From a virus (lineage: Duplodnaviria > Caudoviricetes): DNA of 25,648 nt. Each line of letters starts with the position of its first letter. Positions within the stretch are counted from its first letter, which is position 1. This document shows, piece by piece, positions 8,168-16,793 of the stretch. A program made the position numbers and the translations under genes. The notes below the pieces were generated by a model. That model saw only the letters and a program-made list of their open reading frames with translations, was not told where the DNA came from and searched no databases. The stretch is from positions 1 to 25,648 of IMG/VR virus record IMGVR_UViG_3300027305_000016; one strand, written 5' to 3'.

Positions 8168-10585
8168 ATGATCATACAAAAACGTAATGATGAGCAAGCC
8201 GCTTTTAACCCGTCAAAAATTTTGACCAGGATTAAAAGATCCGCTAAGGGTTTAAAGGTTAACTCAGACGAAATATTTATTAAAGGTATAACATCACTAC
8301 CTAACGAAGGTGTGGTGACAACTAAAGAGATCGATAAATTGTTAGCTGAAATTGCGGCATCATATACTGGGAGTCACTACGACTACAGTAAATTAGCCGC
8401 TAACATCGCAATTTCATCTTATCACAAAGAAACAAACCCAAGCTTTAGCGAAACAATGAAAGTTTTAGCTGAAGACGGTGTCATTAATCAGGAACTCATT
8501 AAAATGATTGATGAGTATGGACCAGATAAAATTGATGCAGCGGTTAACCATGATAGGGACTTTAAATTCGATTATTTTGCTTGGAGATCTTTACATGAGA
8601 TGTACTTAACTAAAACATCAGCAGGTAAACAAATTGAGAGACCACAGCACATGTATATGCGTGTTGCTATTTGGGTAACTAAATCTTTAGATGAGGCGAT
8701 TGAATACTATGAAGCATTATCTAATCAATTTATTTCCCCAGCGACACCAATCATGATTAATTCTGGTACTAAGATACCGCAATTAGCGTCATGCGTTCTT
8801 CACTACAATAATGATGACTCAAGAAACGGTCTTTTAGATTCACTGAGAGACATTTCAGTTTACTCGGCTGATGCGGCTGGTATCGGCTTGTGTATGTCAA
8901 ATATTCGTAGTAAAGAAAGTAGAATTAAAACATCGGGTGGCTTTGCTGGTGGTTTATTGAAATATCTTAAGATTGTTAACGAATCGCTTCGTTTCTTTAA
9001 TCAACAAGGACGTAGACCAGGTAGTGCGGCAATTTATATTGAACCGTGGCACAAAGATATCTTCGACCTACTCGAAATTAAAAAGAACACAGGTGCTGAA
9101 GAATTGAGAGCGAGGGACTTATTTACAGCTTTGTGGATTCCAGATAACTTCATGAGAGCGGTTGAAGAAGATGGTGATTGGTACCTATTCTGCCCAAATG
9201 ACATTGTTAAGAACGGTATTAAACCATTACAGGATTGTTTTGGTGAAGAATATGAGGTTAACTATAATAAGGCCGTTGAAATGGGTTTAGGGAAGAAAAT
9301 AAAGGCTCAAGATATTTGGATTAAAGTTATTGAATCACAAGTTGAAGCTGGCGTACCTTACCTATGTTCAAAAGATAATGCAAACAGAAAAACCAACCAC
9401 CAAAATATTGGTGTGATTAAACAGTCAAATCTTTGTAATGAGATTTACCAGTACACTGATGAGAAGACAACCGCTATTTGTACTTTATCATCTATGGTAA
9501 TTAAAAATTATGTAAACAACAAAACTTTTGATTTCGAAAGATTATTCACCGAAACCAGAAAAGTTGTTAGAGCACTTAATAAAGTTATCGATATTAACGC
9601 ATACTCAACTGAAAAGGGTAGAAAAGGTGGTTTAGACCAAAGAGCAATTGCTATCGGTGTTCAAGGTTTAGCGGATGTATTCTTTTTAATGGATTATGTC
9701 TTTACATCTGAAGAAGCTAAAGAGTTGAATAAAAGAATTTTTGAAACAATTTACTACGCTGCTGTCACAGAAAGTAATGAATTGTGCCGTTCTGGTAAAT
9801 ACAAACCATATAAACACTTTAAAGGTTCACCTATGTCAAAAGGAATATTCCAATTCGATATGTGGGGTGTTGAACAAAACTCATTAATGTGGGATTGGGA
9901 AGGTTTAAAAGAATCTGTTAAAGAATATGGTGTTTGTAATAGTTTATTTACGGCACAAATGCCAGTAGCATCTTCTGCTAAAATCACTGGTTCATATGAA
10001 ATGACCGAAGTAATTCCATCGAACCTTTTTAATAGAAGAGTTGTTGGTGGCGAGTTTTTAATTGCAAACAGATATTTGATTGAGGATTTTGAGGATTTGG
10101 GTATTTGGTCCGAATCATTTAAAAATGAAATCATTTTGAATGAGGGTTCGATTCAAAACATTAACTTCAATAAATTTTTGGAACCAACGGATAAGTATTA
10201 TGAGAAAAAGATCAAAAGAATTGAACACTTAATTCAAAAATACAAAACTATCTGGGAGGTTTCTCAAAAAGAATTGATCACTATGGCAGCTGAAAGAGCA
10301 CCATATATCGACCAATCACAATCAATGAACGTTTATTTTCAAGCACCGACAGTACAAAAGTTATCTTCTAGTCACTTTTGGGCGTGGAAATCTGGGTTGA
10401 AGTCTTTAGCTTATTATGTTAGAACTAAAGCGATATCAACTGGAGCAAAACATTTAGCGATTAGCGTACCCTCAAACGAGGTAACAAAAACCGAACAGGT
10501 AGCTTTACCAGCGCAACCACAATTAAGTGATCTACCACAAAAACCAGAAAATAGTCAATTCGATTGTTTTGGTTGTAGTGCCTAA
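8168..10585 (+). CDS. nrdA: Ribonucleotide reductase class Ia alpha subunit with N-terminal ATP cone
   Basis: ATP cone IQKRN...FNPSKI, ERPQHMYMRVA, SPATP, LASC, SNLCNEI, ICTL, MPVASS, DQSQSMN, YYVRT, and a C-terminal CFGCSA. Confidence 0.97.
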   Translation: MIIQKRNDEQAAFNPSKILTRIKRSAKGLKVNSDEIFIKGITSLPNEGVVTTKEIDKLLAEIAASYTGSHYDYSKLAANIAISSYHKETNPSFSETMKVLAEDGVINQELIKMIDEYGPDKIDAAVNHDRDFKFDYFAWRSLHEMYLTKTSAGKQIERPQHMYMRVAIWVTKSLDEAIEYYEALSNQFISPATPIMINSGTKIPQLASCVLHYNNDDSRNGLLDSLRDISVYSADAAGIGLCMSNIRSKESRIKTSGGFAGGLLKYLKIVNESLRFFNQQGRRPGSAAIYIEPWHKDIFDLLEIKKNTGAEELRARDLFTALWIPDNFMRAVEEDGDWYLFCPNDIVKNGIKPLQDCFGEEYEVNYNKAVEMGLGKKIKAQDIWIKVIESQVEAGVPYLCSKDNANRKTNHQNIGVIKQSNLCNEIYQYTDEKTTAICTLSSMVIKNYVNNKTFDFERLFTETRKVVRALNKVIDINAYSTEKGRKGGLDQRAIAIGVQGLADVFFLMDYVFTSEEAKELNKRIFETIYYAAVTESNELCRSGKYKPYKHFKGSPMSKGIFQFDMWGVEQNSLMWDWEGLKESVKEYGVCNSLFTAQMPVASSAKITGSYEMTEVIPSNLFNRRVVGGEFLIANRYLIEDFEDLGIWSESFKNEIILNEGSIQNINFNKFLEPTDKYYEKKIKRIEHLIQKYKTIWEVSQKELITMAAERAPYIDQSQSMNVYFQAPTVQKLSSSHFWAWKSGLKSLAYYVRTKAISTGAKHLAISVPSNEVTKTEQVALPAQPQLSDLPQKPENSQFDCFGCSA

Positions 10586-10610
10586 TTGATAATAAGATTA
10601 TTAGAAAATG

Positions 10611-10637
10611 AAATCCCGTTAATAGCGGGATTTTTTT
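10611..10637 (+). terminator. Intrinsic terminator after nrdA
   Basis: AAATCCCGTT-AAT-AGCGGGATTT inverted repeat running into a T7 tract. Confidence 0.8.
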
Positions 10638-10661
10638 ATTTACAAAAAATAAATTATTACG

Positions 10662-10674
10662 ATATTTATTTATA
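10662..10674 (+). promoter_or_regulatory. ATATTTATTTATA motif; candidate late promoter of the baseplate operon
   Basis: Lies between the nrdA terminator and the gp25 ATG, where a new promoter is expected. No TAnnTTTG box is present here. Confidence 0.5.
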
Positions 10675-10681
10675 AAAGAAT

Positions 10682-11098
10682 ATGGCGATTAGAAAACAAA
10701 CATTTGGTATAGATTTCCCTTTTGTCCAGTCAGATAACGGTGATTTTGTTAACATGACATCCATACCAGAATCTGAGGTTAAAAGCATGTTAATACATTT
10801 ACTATTAACTAGAAAGGGGTCTAGATACTACTTACCAGATTTTGGTACAAATTTGTACCAGTATATTTTTGAACCTTTAGATGAAATAACTATGGGTAAA
10901 ATAGAAAATGAAATAACTGACGCTATTGAAAAATATATACCAAATTTAAAACTAAATGCTGTTGAAATAACAAAAGTTGGTGATGAGGAAGCTAATAAAA
11001 ATAACACTGACTTGGAACACCATATAAGAATAAACTTAGATTACACCATATCAACCAGAACGTTCCAAACGAGCGATAAATTAAGTATAACAATATAA
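10682..11098 (+). CDS. gp25: Baseplate wedge subunit, gp25/GPW-like
   Basis: GIDFPF, LIHLLLTRKGSRYYLPDFGTNLYQYIFEP and IENEITDAIEKYIP; 138 aa. Confidence 0.92.
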   Translation: MAIRKQTFGIDFPFVQSDNGDFVNMTSIPESEVKSMLIHLLLTRKGSRYYLPDFGTNLYQYIFEPLDEITMGKIENEITDAIEKYIPNLKLNAVEITKVGDEEANKNNTDLEHHIRINLDYTISTRTFQTSDKLSITI

Positions 11099-11099
11099 A

Positions 11100-12914
11100 A
11101 TGGCTAGACAAATAAACTACAGTAAAAGGGATTTTGCTTCGTTAAAAACCGAGCAAATAAATTACATTAAACAATATTACCCTGATGTTGTACAAAACTT
11201 TAATGACGCATCAATTCTATCCGTGTTTTTGGATTTAAATGCGGCTATTGCTGATAACCTAAACTTCCAAATTGACCGTGCTTTACAGGAAACGGTATTA
11301 GATTATGCTCAAGAAAGACAATCACTATTTAATATCGCAAAAACTTATGGTTTAAAATTACCATCAAAGTCTGCCGCAGTTGCTGTAGTTGAATTTACAG
11401 CGCAAATACCAGTATTCGGTGATCAAGAGGATAAAAGATATCTACCTGTTATTAAAGCGGGTACTCAAGTAACAAACGGTTCTGGTACCTATGAGGTTTT
11501 ATATGACATAGATTTCGCTTCAGCGTTAAATAGCGCTGGTAAACCAGATAGAACAAAAAGACCAATATTTGTGAATAACAAGTTAACTGGTTACTCAATA
11601 ACAAAAACTGGTATAGTTGTCGCTGGTACAAGTAAAATATTCTCCCAAGTTTTTGCCGCTACGCAACCATTTTATAAGATAACATTACCTGAGAGTAATG
11701 TACTTTCAGTTGAAGGTGTATTCCATAAGTTTGGTACAAACTTTACGACATCACCAGCCGACTCTGAATTTTTAAGTAGCTCAAATAAATGGTATCAAGT
11801 ACCTTCTTTAGCGGAAGATAGTGTTTTTGTTGAAGACCCTAATTCACCTAGAGTTAATGGTATCGCTAAAGGCGTTTACGAACAAATTGATCAAAGATAT
11901 ATTGTTGAATATACACCTAACGGTTTTTGCCAACTAACCTTTGGTGCCCAAACAGACACATCGTTAGATATTTTAGATGATTTTATGGACAACGGTGGTT
12001 TTAGTTTAAAAAGTTTTTTAAGAAATGGTAGTTTAGGTTTGGCCCCGATAACAAACACGACCATGTATATTAAGTATAGAATTGGTGGTGGTGTTGAATC
12101 TAATGCTGGTGTCGGGACAATAACCGAAGTATCTAGATTAAATACGGTAATAAATGGACCAGACTCCGCAATTAATTCAACGGTCAACACATCAATTACA
12201 GTGACAAACACCACACCAGCTGTAGGTGGGTCAGATGAACCAACAATCGAGGAATTAAGAAACTACATTTCATATAATTTCTCCGCACAAAATAGGGCGG
12301 TAACGCTTAATGACTATAAAGTATTGATGTTATCAATGCCAAGTATATTCGGTACACCCGCAAAAGCTAGTGTAATACAAAGACAAAATAAAATCGAAAT
12401 CGGTGTTCTAAGCTACGATTCATCAGGCAGCATATCAAATGACATCTCATCATTATTGATGGAAAACATAGCCAATTATTTATCCAAATATAGAATGATA
12501 AATGATTATGTTGTTGTTAAACCAGCTGAAGTTGTTGATCTTGGTTTTGAAATATCAGTCATTGTTGAACCTGGTACTCAGCTTGAAACTTCAGCAAATA
12601 TAACAAAAATAGTTAGTGATGAATTTACTAAAGATAAAATTGCTTTAGGTAAAAGTTATAGTGTTGGTGAAATCGTTAAAAAAGTAACTCAGGTTCCTGG
12701 CGTTGTTAACGTTAATTACGTTAAAGTTTTCAATAAAACTGGCGTTGGTTACTCAAATAACGTAACAAAACAAGCGATATTGGATACAGTGACTGGTGAA
12801 TTAGATGTGGCTAACAACTATATAATTGTGGAAGAAAATCAGTTATTAAATATTAGAAAACCTGATACGGATATTAAAGTAATACCTTTGGTTGCGACTG
12901 GAGTTAGTAGTTAA
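11100..12914 (+). CDS. gp6: Baseplate wedge subunit, T4 gp6 / Baseplate J-like
   Basis: YSKRDFASLK, AQERQSLFNIAKTYG, YRIGGGVESN and AVGGSDEPTIEELR...AQNRAVTLNDY; follows gp25. Confidence 0.88.
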   Translation: MARQINYSKRDFASLKTEQINYIKQYYPDVVQNFNDASILSVFLDLNAAIADNLNFQIDRALQETVLDYAQERQSLFNIAKTYGLKLPSKSAAVAVVEFTAQIPVFGDQEDKRYLPVIKAGTQVTNGSGTYEVLYDIDFASALNSAGKPDRTKRPIFVNNKLTGYSITKTGIVVAGTSKIFSQVFAATQPFYKITLPESNVLSVEGVFHKFGTNFTTSPADSEFLSSSNKWYQVPSLAEDSVFVEDPNSPRVNGIAKGVYEQIDQRYIVEYTPNGFCQLTFGAQTDTSLDILDDFMDNGGFSLKSFLRNGSLGLAPITNTTMYIKYRIGGGVESNAGVGTITEVSRLNTVINGPDSAINSTVNTSITVTNTTPAVGGSDEPTIEELRNYISYNFSAQNRAVTLNDYKVLMLSMPSIFGTPAKASVIQRQNKIEIGVLSYDSSGSISNDISSLLMENIANYLSKYRMINDYVVVKPAEVVDLGFEISVIVEPGTQLETSANITKIVSDEFTKDKIALGKSYSVGEIVKKVTQVPGVVNVNYVKVFNKTGVGYSNNVTKQAILDTVTGELDVANNYIIVEENQLLNIRKPDTDIKVIPLVATGVSS

Positions 12915-12916
12915 TT

Positions 12917-15115
12917 ATGGAGAAAAACATTAAGATAGTTTTAAATGAAAACGAGACTAACGAAAGAATATTGGTAAACTTAGAGGATGATTTTGATAAT
13001 TTAGAAGTCCTTAGTTTAAAAATATCTAGCACTGATGTCTATAGAAAAACATCATCAGACTTTGGTGTTGTTGTTGGTCGTGTACAAACGGCTAACGGAT
13101 ATGGCTTACAAAATGCCAGAGTCTCAATATTTGTACCAATAGACCCTTTAGATAAAGTTAGACCAGAAATATTAGAACTATACCCCTTTGAAACAGTAAA
13201 CGACCAATTTCCAAATGGGGTTAGGTATAACTTATTACCAAGAACTAGGAATCAAAATCCTAGTCACAGAGCTGTGGGTAATTTACCAACAATAAATGAC
13301 CTAATACACTACCCTCAATATCTTGAGGTTATGGAAAAATATTATAAATATACAGCAACAACCAATGAATCTGGTGATTATATGATATTTGGTGTACCAG
13401 TTGGTTCACATAACATTATGATGGATTTCGATCTATTTGATACTAAAAGTTTTGAAATATCGGCTAATGATTTAGTTGAAACGACAACAGAATTTAAGAC
13501 AATTAATGACGTTGCCACAGCTGTTGGCTTAACTGATGATAATAACCCTAATAAGGTACCAAATTACATATATGATGGGTTTGGTAATTTTAATGTCGAA
13601 GTTAAAACCAATATTAATGAAATGCCTAATATATTTAATGAGGTTAAACAAGTTAACGTTGCTTCTTTTTGGGGTGACGAAGAAGAAGGTGATATCGGCA
13701 TAACTAGATGTGATTTTAAAATTAATTACAAATACCAACCCACAGCAATATTTTTTGGTTGGGCGTCAAACACAAGCGGTAGCTTTTACGCAAAAACAGA
13801 TGGTTCTATTTCAGAAACACAGAACCCAATAGAGATATTTGGTGAAGACACCACATTAGGTAGAATAACCAACGATATTTGGCCAGCAGATGATTTAATG
13901 GTTGTTGTTTATCGTTTAGATGATAAATTAACACCAGGTAGCCGCCTTAGAGTTGGCGCTTTTAAAGCCGAAAAAGGTACTGGTGTCTTTAGAATCGCAT
14001 TACCCATGTACATGGATTATTTTAAAATAAACCAATTTGGTGACATGGTACCGACTGACGACACGGAAAATAGTATACCGACCAAAGGTTATTACGCCTT
14101 TGAGATTTATGACATTAACGAAAGTTACCAAACAAGAATACCATGGGGTGGTTACTGGTTACCTCTCACGCCTGGCGTTAGGGTACCAGCATCACCAAAA
14201 GGTGAAACACTAACTGGTGGTTGGGAGGGTACAACATCTGGTTTATTTGAATACGATTTAGTTAACAGAAATAGAAAGTTCTACACAATCAAAACTAAAT
14301 ATAACAAACATAGAGAGGATAATGCTGGTATTGGCGGTAATGACATATTCTACATACCAAGATTAAACCCGAATAAAGACGTCCCATGGACATTTCCAAT
14401 CAATAGAGACGATTTACCTGAGATTAATGACGTGGAGGTCATTGGGTCCATTATTATGCCTAGATATGAGTTTAAAATACAAAACACAAACACCGAAGAC
14501 CCAACAGCTTACTATTACAACAGAATTTTAAATATAATTAATATACCACAAACAGTTTCTTATAACGAGAAAGTTAGGGCTTATGAATATCATGTTGGTA
14601 TTGGGGCTGGTTTAAATGGTAAAAATAGTGGTAATGTGTTTACCGATATTTTTTCTGGTGATGACTTTATTAGTGAGGATGGTAACAATTTTTATGGTGA
14701 TAGATCAACATTTAATTATGGTGATAACGCTGACGGACCCTTAAATTTGAGTTTATTTGCAATTGAATTAGCTAAAAATGAAGAGGCGACACCAAATGAT
14801 GCTGGTGTACACAGAAGATTTACACAAGCATATAGTAAAAATTACACACACGGAGTTTTTATTTCTTCAACAGACAAAGAAAATAAATTCCCAGTCCTGG
14901 AAACTTCAATATATGACATAACTGATGAGCTGCAAGATCTAATTGATAATAAAGTATATACCTCTTACGGGTTTTATACTGGGAATGTGGAACCAACAGG
15001 GTTTAATGCCGAAATATCAAACAGATATAAAGGTAATTTCTATTACTTCGGTTACTGGGACCAAGCCAATGTATTAAAAACTATAGAAAAAAATTATTTT
15101 ACACAGAATGAGTAA
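12917..15115 (+). CDS. Putative baseplate/structural protein with a split carboxypeptidase-regulatory-like (prealbumin) beta-sandwich
   Basis: VVVGRVQTANGYGLQNARVSIF ... TATTNESGDYMIFGVPVGSHNI resembles the CarboxypepD_reg pattern with an internal insertion. It lies in the baseplate operon. Confidence 0.65.
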   Translation: MEKNIKIVLNENETNERILVNLEDDFDNLEVLSLKISSTDVYRKTSSDFGVVVGRVQTANGYGLQNARVSIFVPIDPLDKVRPEILELYPFETVNDQFPNGVRYNLLPRTRNQNPSHRAVGNLPTINDLIHYPQYLEVMEKYYKYTATTNESGDYMIFGVPVGSHNIMMDFDLFDTKSFEISANDLVETTTEFKTINDVATAVGLTDDNNPNKVPNYIYDGFGNFNVEVKTNINEMPNIFNEVKQVNVASFWGDEEEGDIGITRCDFKINYKYQPTAIFFGWASNTSGSFYAKTDGSISETQNPIEIFGEDTTLGRITNDIWPADDLMVVVYRLDDKLTPGSRLRVGAFKAEKGTGVFRIALPMYMDYFKINQFGDMVPTDDTENSIPTKGYYAFEIYDINESYQTRIPWGGYWLPLTPGVRVPASPKGETLTGGWEGTTSGLFEYDLVNRNRKFYTIKTKYNKHREDNAGIGGNDIFYIPRLNPNKDVPWTFPINRDDLPEINDVEVIGSIIMPRYEFKIQNTNTEDPTAYYYNRILNIINIPQTVSYNEKVRAYEYHVGIGAGLNGKNSGNVFTDIFSGDDFISEDGNNFYGDRSTFNYGDNADGPLNLSLFAIELAKNEEATPNDAGVHRRFTQAYSKNYTHGVFISSTDKENKFPVLETSIYDITDELQDLIDNKVYTSYGFYTGNVEPTGFNAEISNRYKGNFYYFGYWDQANVLKTIEKNYFTQNE

Positions 15116-16793
15116 TATCGTAGAAATATTAGGTTCAAAAAAGTTTAGTGGATCAACTAACCAAACACTAAAAACTCGAATAATACTTGAGCAACCCGCT
15201 ACGCTTAGAAATGAGTATAACTTATTTACTAATGTATCACAGGATGAGCAATTTTTAAAAGAAAAAAATGAAAATAATGTATATAAAGTTTACGGAACAA
15301 TATCTCCGATAATAAGTAGAAATTTTCATTTTAGGGGTAAAAAATTAAATGTTGATGAGAAGGCAATAAACTTTAACCCTGATAACTGGAGTACTGTTTT
15401 ATGTAAACCAGTCCCTTTTATGGGTTCAAAAGGTAAGAAGAAGTATAGTATACCATACAAAGATTCAAAAGGGGTTAACACAACATATAAATTAGATTTA
15501 ACATATGGCTTACCAGCTACATTAGTATACCCATCACCAATTAATATTAAGAATGATGGTGAATACTTTGCAACTTTTTTAATGAATTATGGACACAATT
15601 TAAATATCGGTGACCAAGTCTACATTAGCTCATATGATTCAAAAATATCCGCTGGTTTATATTTTGTAACAGGCGTAAATAAAAATAAGATAACAATAGA
15701 TTTAAAGATTTCACCAAAAAATCTTTTTTATGTTAAAGAGGCCAAAGAAGCGTCATTTAATTTAGTGACAAAAGCAGATGGTTTATTACAATCTCAACCA
15801 GACACGAAAAAAAACGAATTTACTGGTGTCATGAAAAACACACAGGTTAAGAATGACCAAGATTTACTCATCTCAGCTTTAAAAGCAGATAGACCGCCAG
15901 CTTATGATTTATTTGAATCTAAATTCAGTATATCGAAGGTTATCGATAACGAAGTTATGGAATATTACGTTAAACAAGCTGTTGTTGTTGACGTATCTAA
16001 GGGTTTTGATGCTTGCGGATTTTCAACAAATTTGTTTAACCAAAAACTATATAATTTCTTTTTTGATAAAAACCTAGATTTAGGTACCCAGTTGGATAAT
16101 AAAAACGAGCCAATTACTGAGTTATATGTTGGTTTAATTAAAAATGGTGGTACTTTAAGTAAAAAAATTAGCACTGTTGAATCTAATTTTTCACCTTTAA
16201 TTGGTTACACAAATCCTGGCGAAGGTATAATGAGAATATCTGAAACATCTAATACGGAAATATCGGACAAACCAGATATAGGTACCGTATATGACATTGG
16301 TATATTTGAGTATTCAGCTGAAAATTTAACTGAGACACAAATATCAGGAATTCATCATAATTTCATACTAGACTTTGTTATGTTTAATTACGAACCATTT
16401 CATGAGATCAAGATAAAAGCTAAGTCCTCTTATATTGAAGATTCCGTATCAAATCAGTACATACCAAAATACGCTGTTTACAGTAGAAAATCTGATAAAT
16501 ATATATGGAGAGATGTACTTGATCTTGGTATTTCTGATGATGATGGTAATGTTTTAGACTTCCCGTTTTTAAATGGGTCTAGGTATGTATATACAAGATT
16601 AGTTTTCCCAGTACTAGCTGAAAAAGGTAAAACTAAAAAATATACTTTTGGTGTTAACGACATAACCAATATTGATTCATTAAATAACGTTGATAATTAT
16701 ACTAGAGATATCATTACCGACTTATTTGGTGATGAAAATGATGTAATAGAAAATAAAGAACCGTTTAAAAAATATACTGACGATAAATGTTAA
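15108..16793 (+). CDS. Hypothetical structural protein, 561 aa
   Basis: Long ORF overlapping its neighbours by 8 and 7 nt. It contains HNLNIGDQVYI...GLYFVTGV (small beta-barrel motif common in tail proteins) and a C-terminal WRD...FPFLNG. Confidence 0.8.
   Translation: MSNIVEILGSKKFSGSTNQTLKTRIILEQPATLRNEYNLFTNVSQDEQFLKEKNENNVYKVYGTISPIISRNFHFRGKKLNVDEKAINFNPDNWSTVLCKPVPFMGSKGKKKYSIPYKDSKGVNTTYKLDLTYGLPATLVYPSPINIKNDGEYFATFLMNYGHNLNIGDQVYISSYDSKISAGLYFVTGVNKNKITIDLKISPKNLFYVKEAKEASFNLVTKADGLLQSQPDTKKNEFTGVMKNTQVKNDQDLLISALKADRPPAYDLFESKFSISKVIDNEVMEYYVKQAVVVDVSKGFDACGFSTNLFNQKLYNFFFDKNLDLGTQLDNKNEPITELYVGLIKNGGTLSKKISTVESNFSPLIGYTNPGEGIMRISETSNTEISDKPDIGTVYDIGIFEYSAENLTETQISGIHHNFILDFVMFNYEPFHEIKIKAKSSYIEDSVSNQYIPKYAVYSRKSDKYIWRDVLDLGISDDDGNVLDFPFLNGSRYVYTRLVFPVLAEKGKTKKYTFGVNDITNIDSLNNVDNYTRDIITDLFGDENDVIENKEPFKKYTDDKC

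Noticed and set aside
3174-10585. Inteins, introns or homing endonucleases in recombinase, helicase or RNR (common insertion targets)
   Set aside because: Lengths are normal, motifs are contiguous, and I saw no intein splice junctions or LAGLIDADG/HNH/GIY-YIG motifs.
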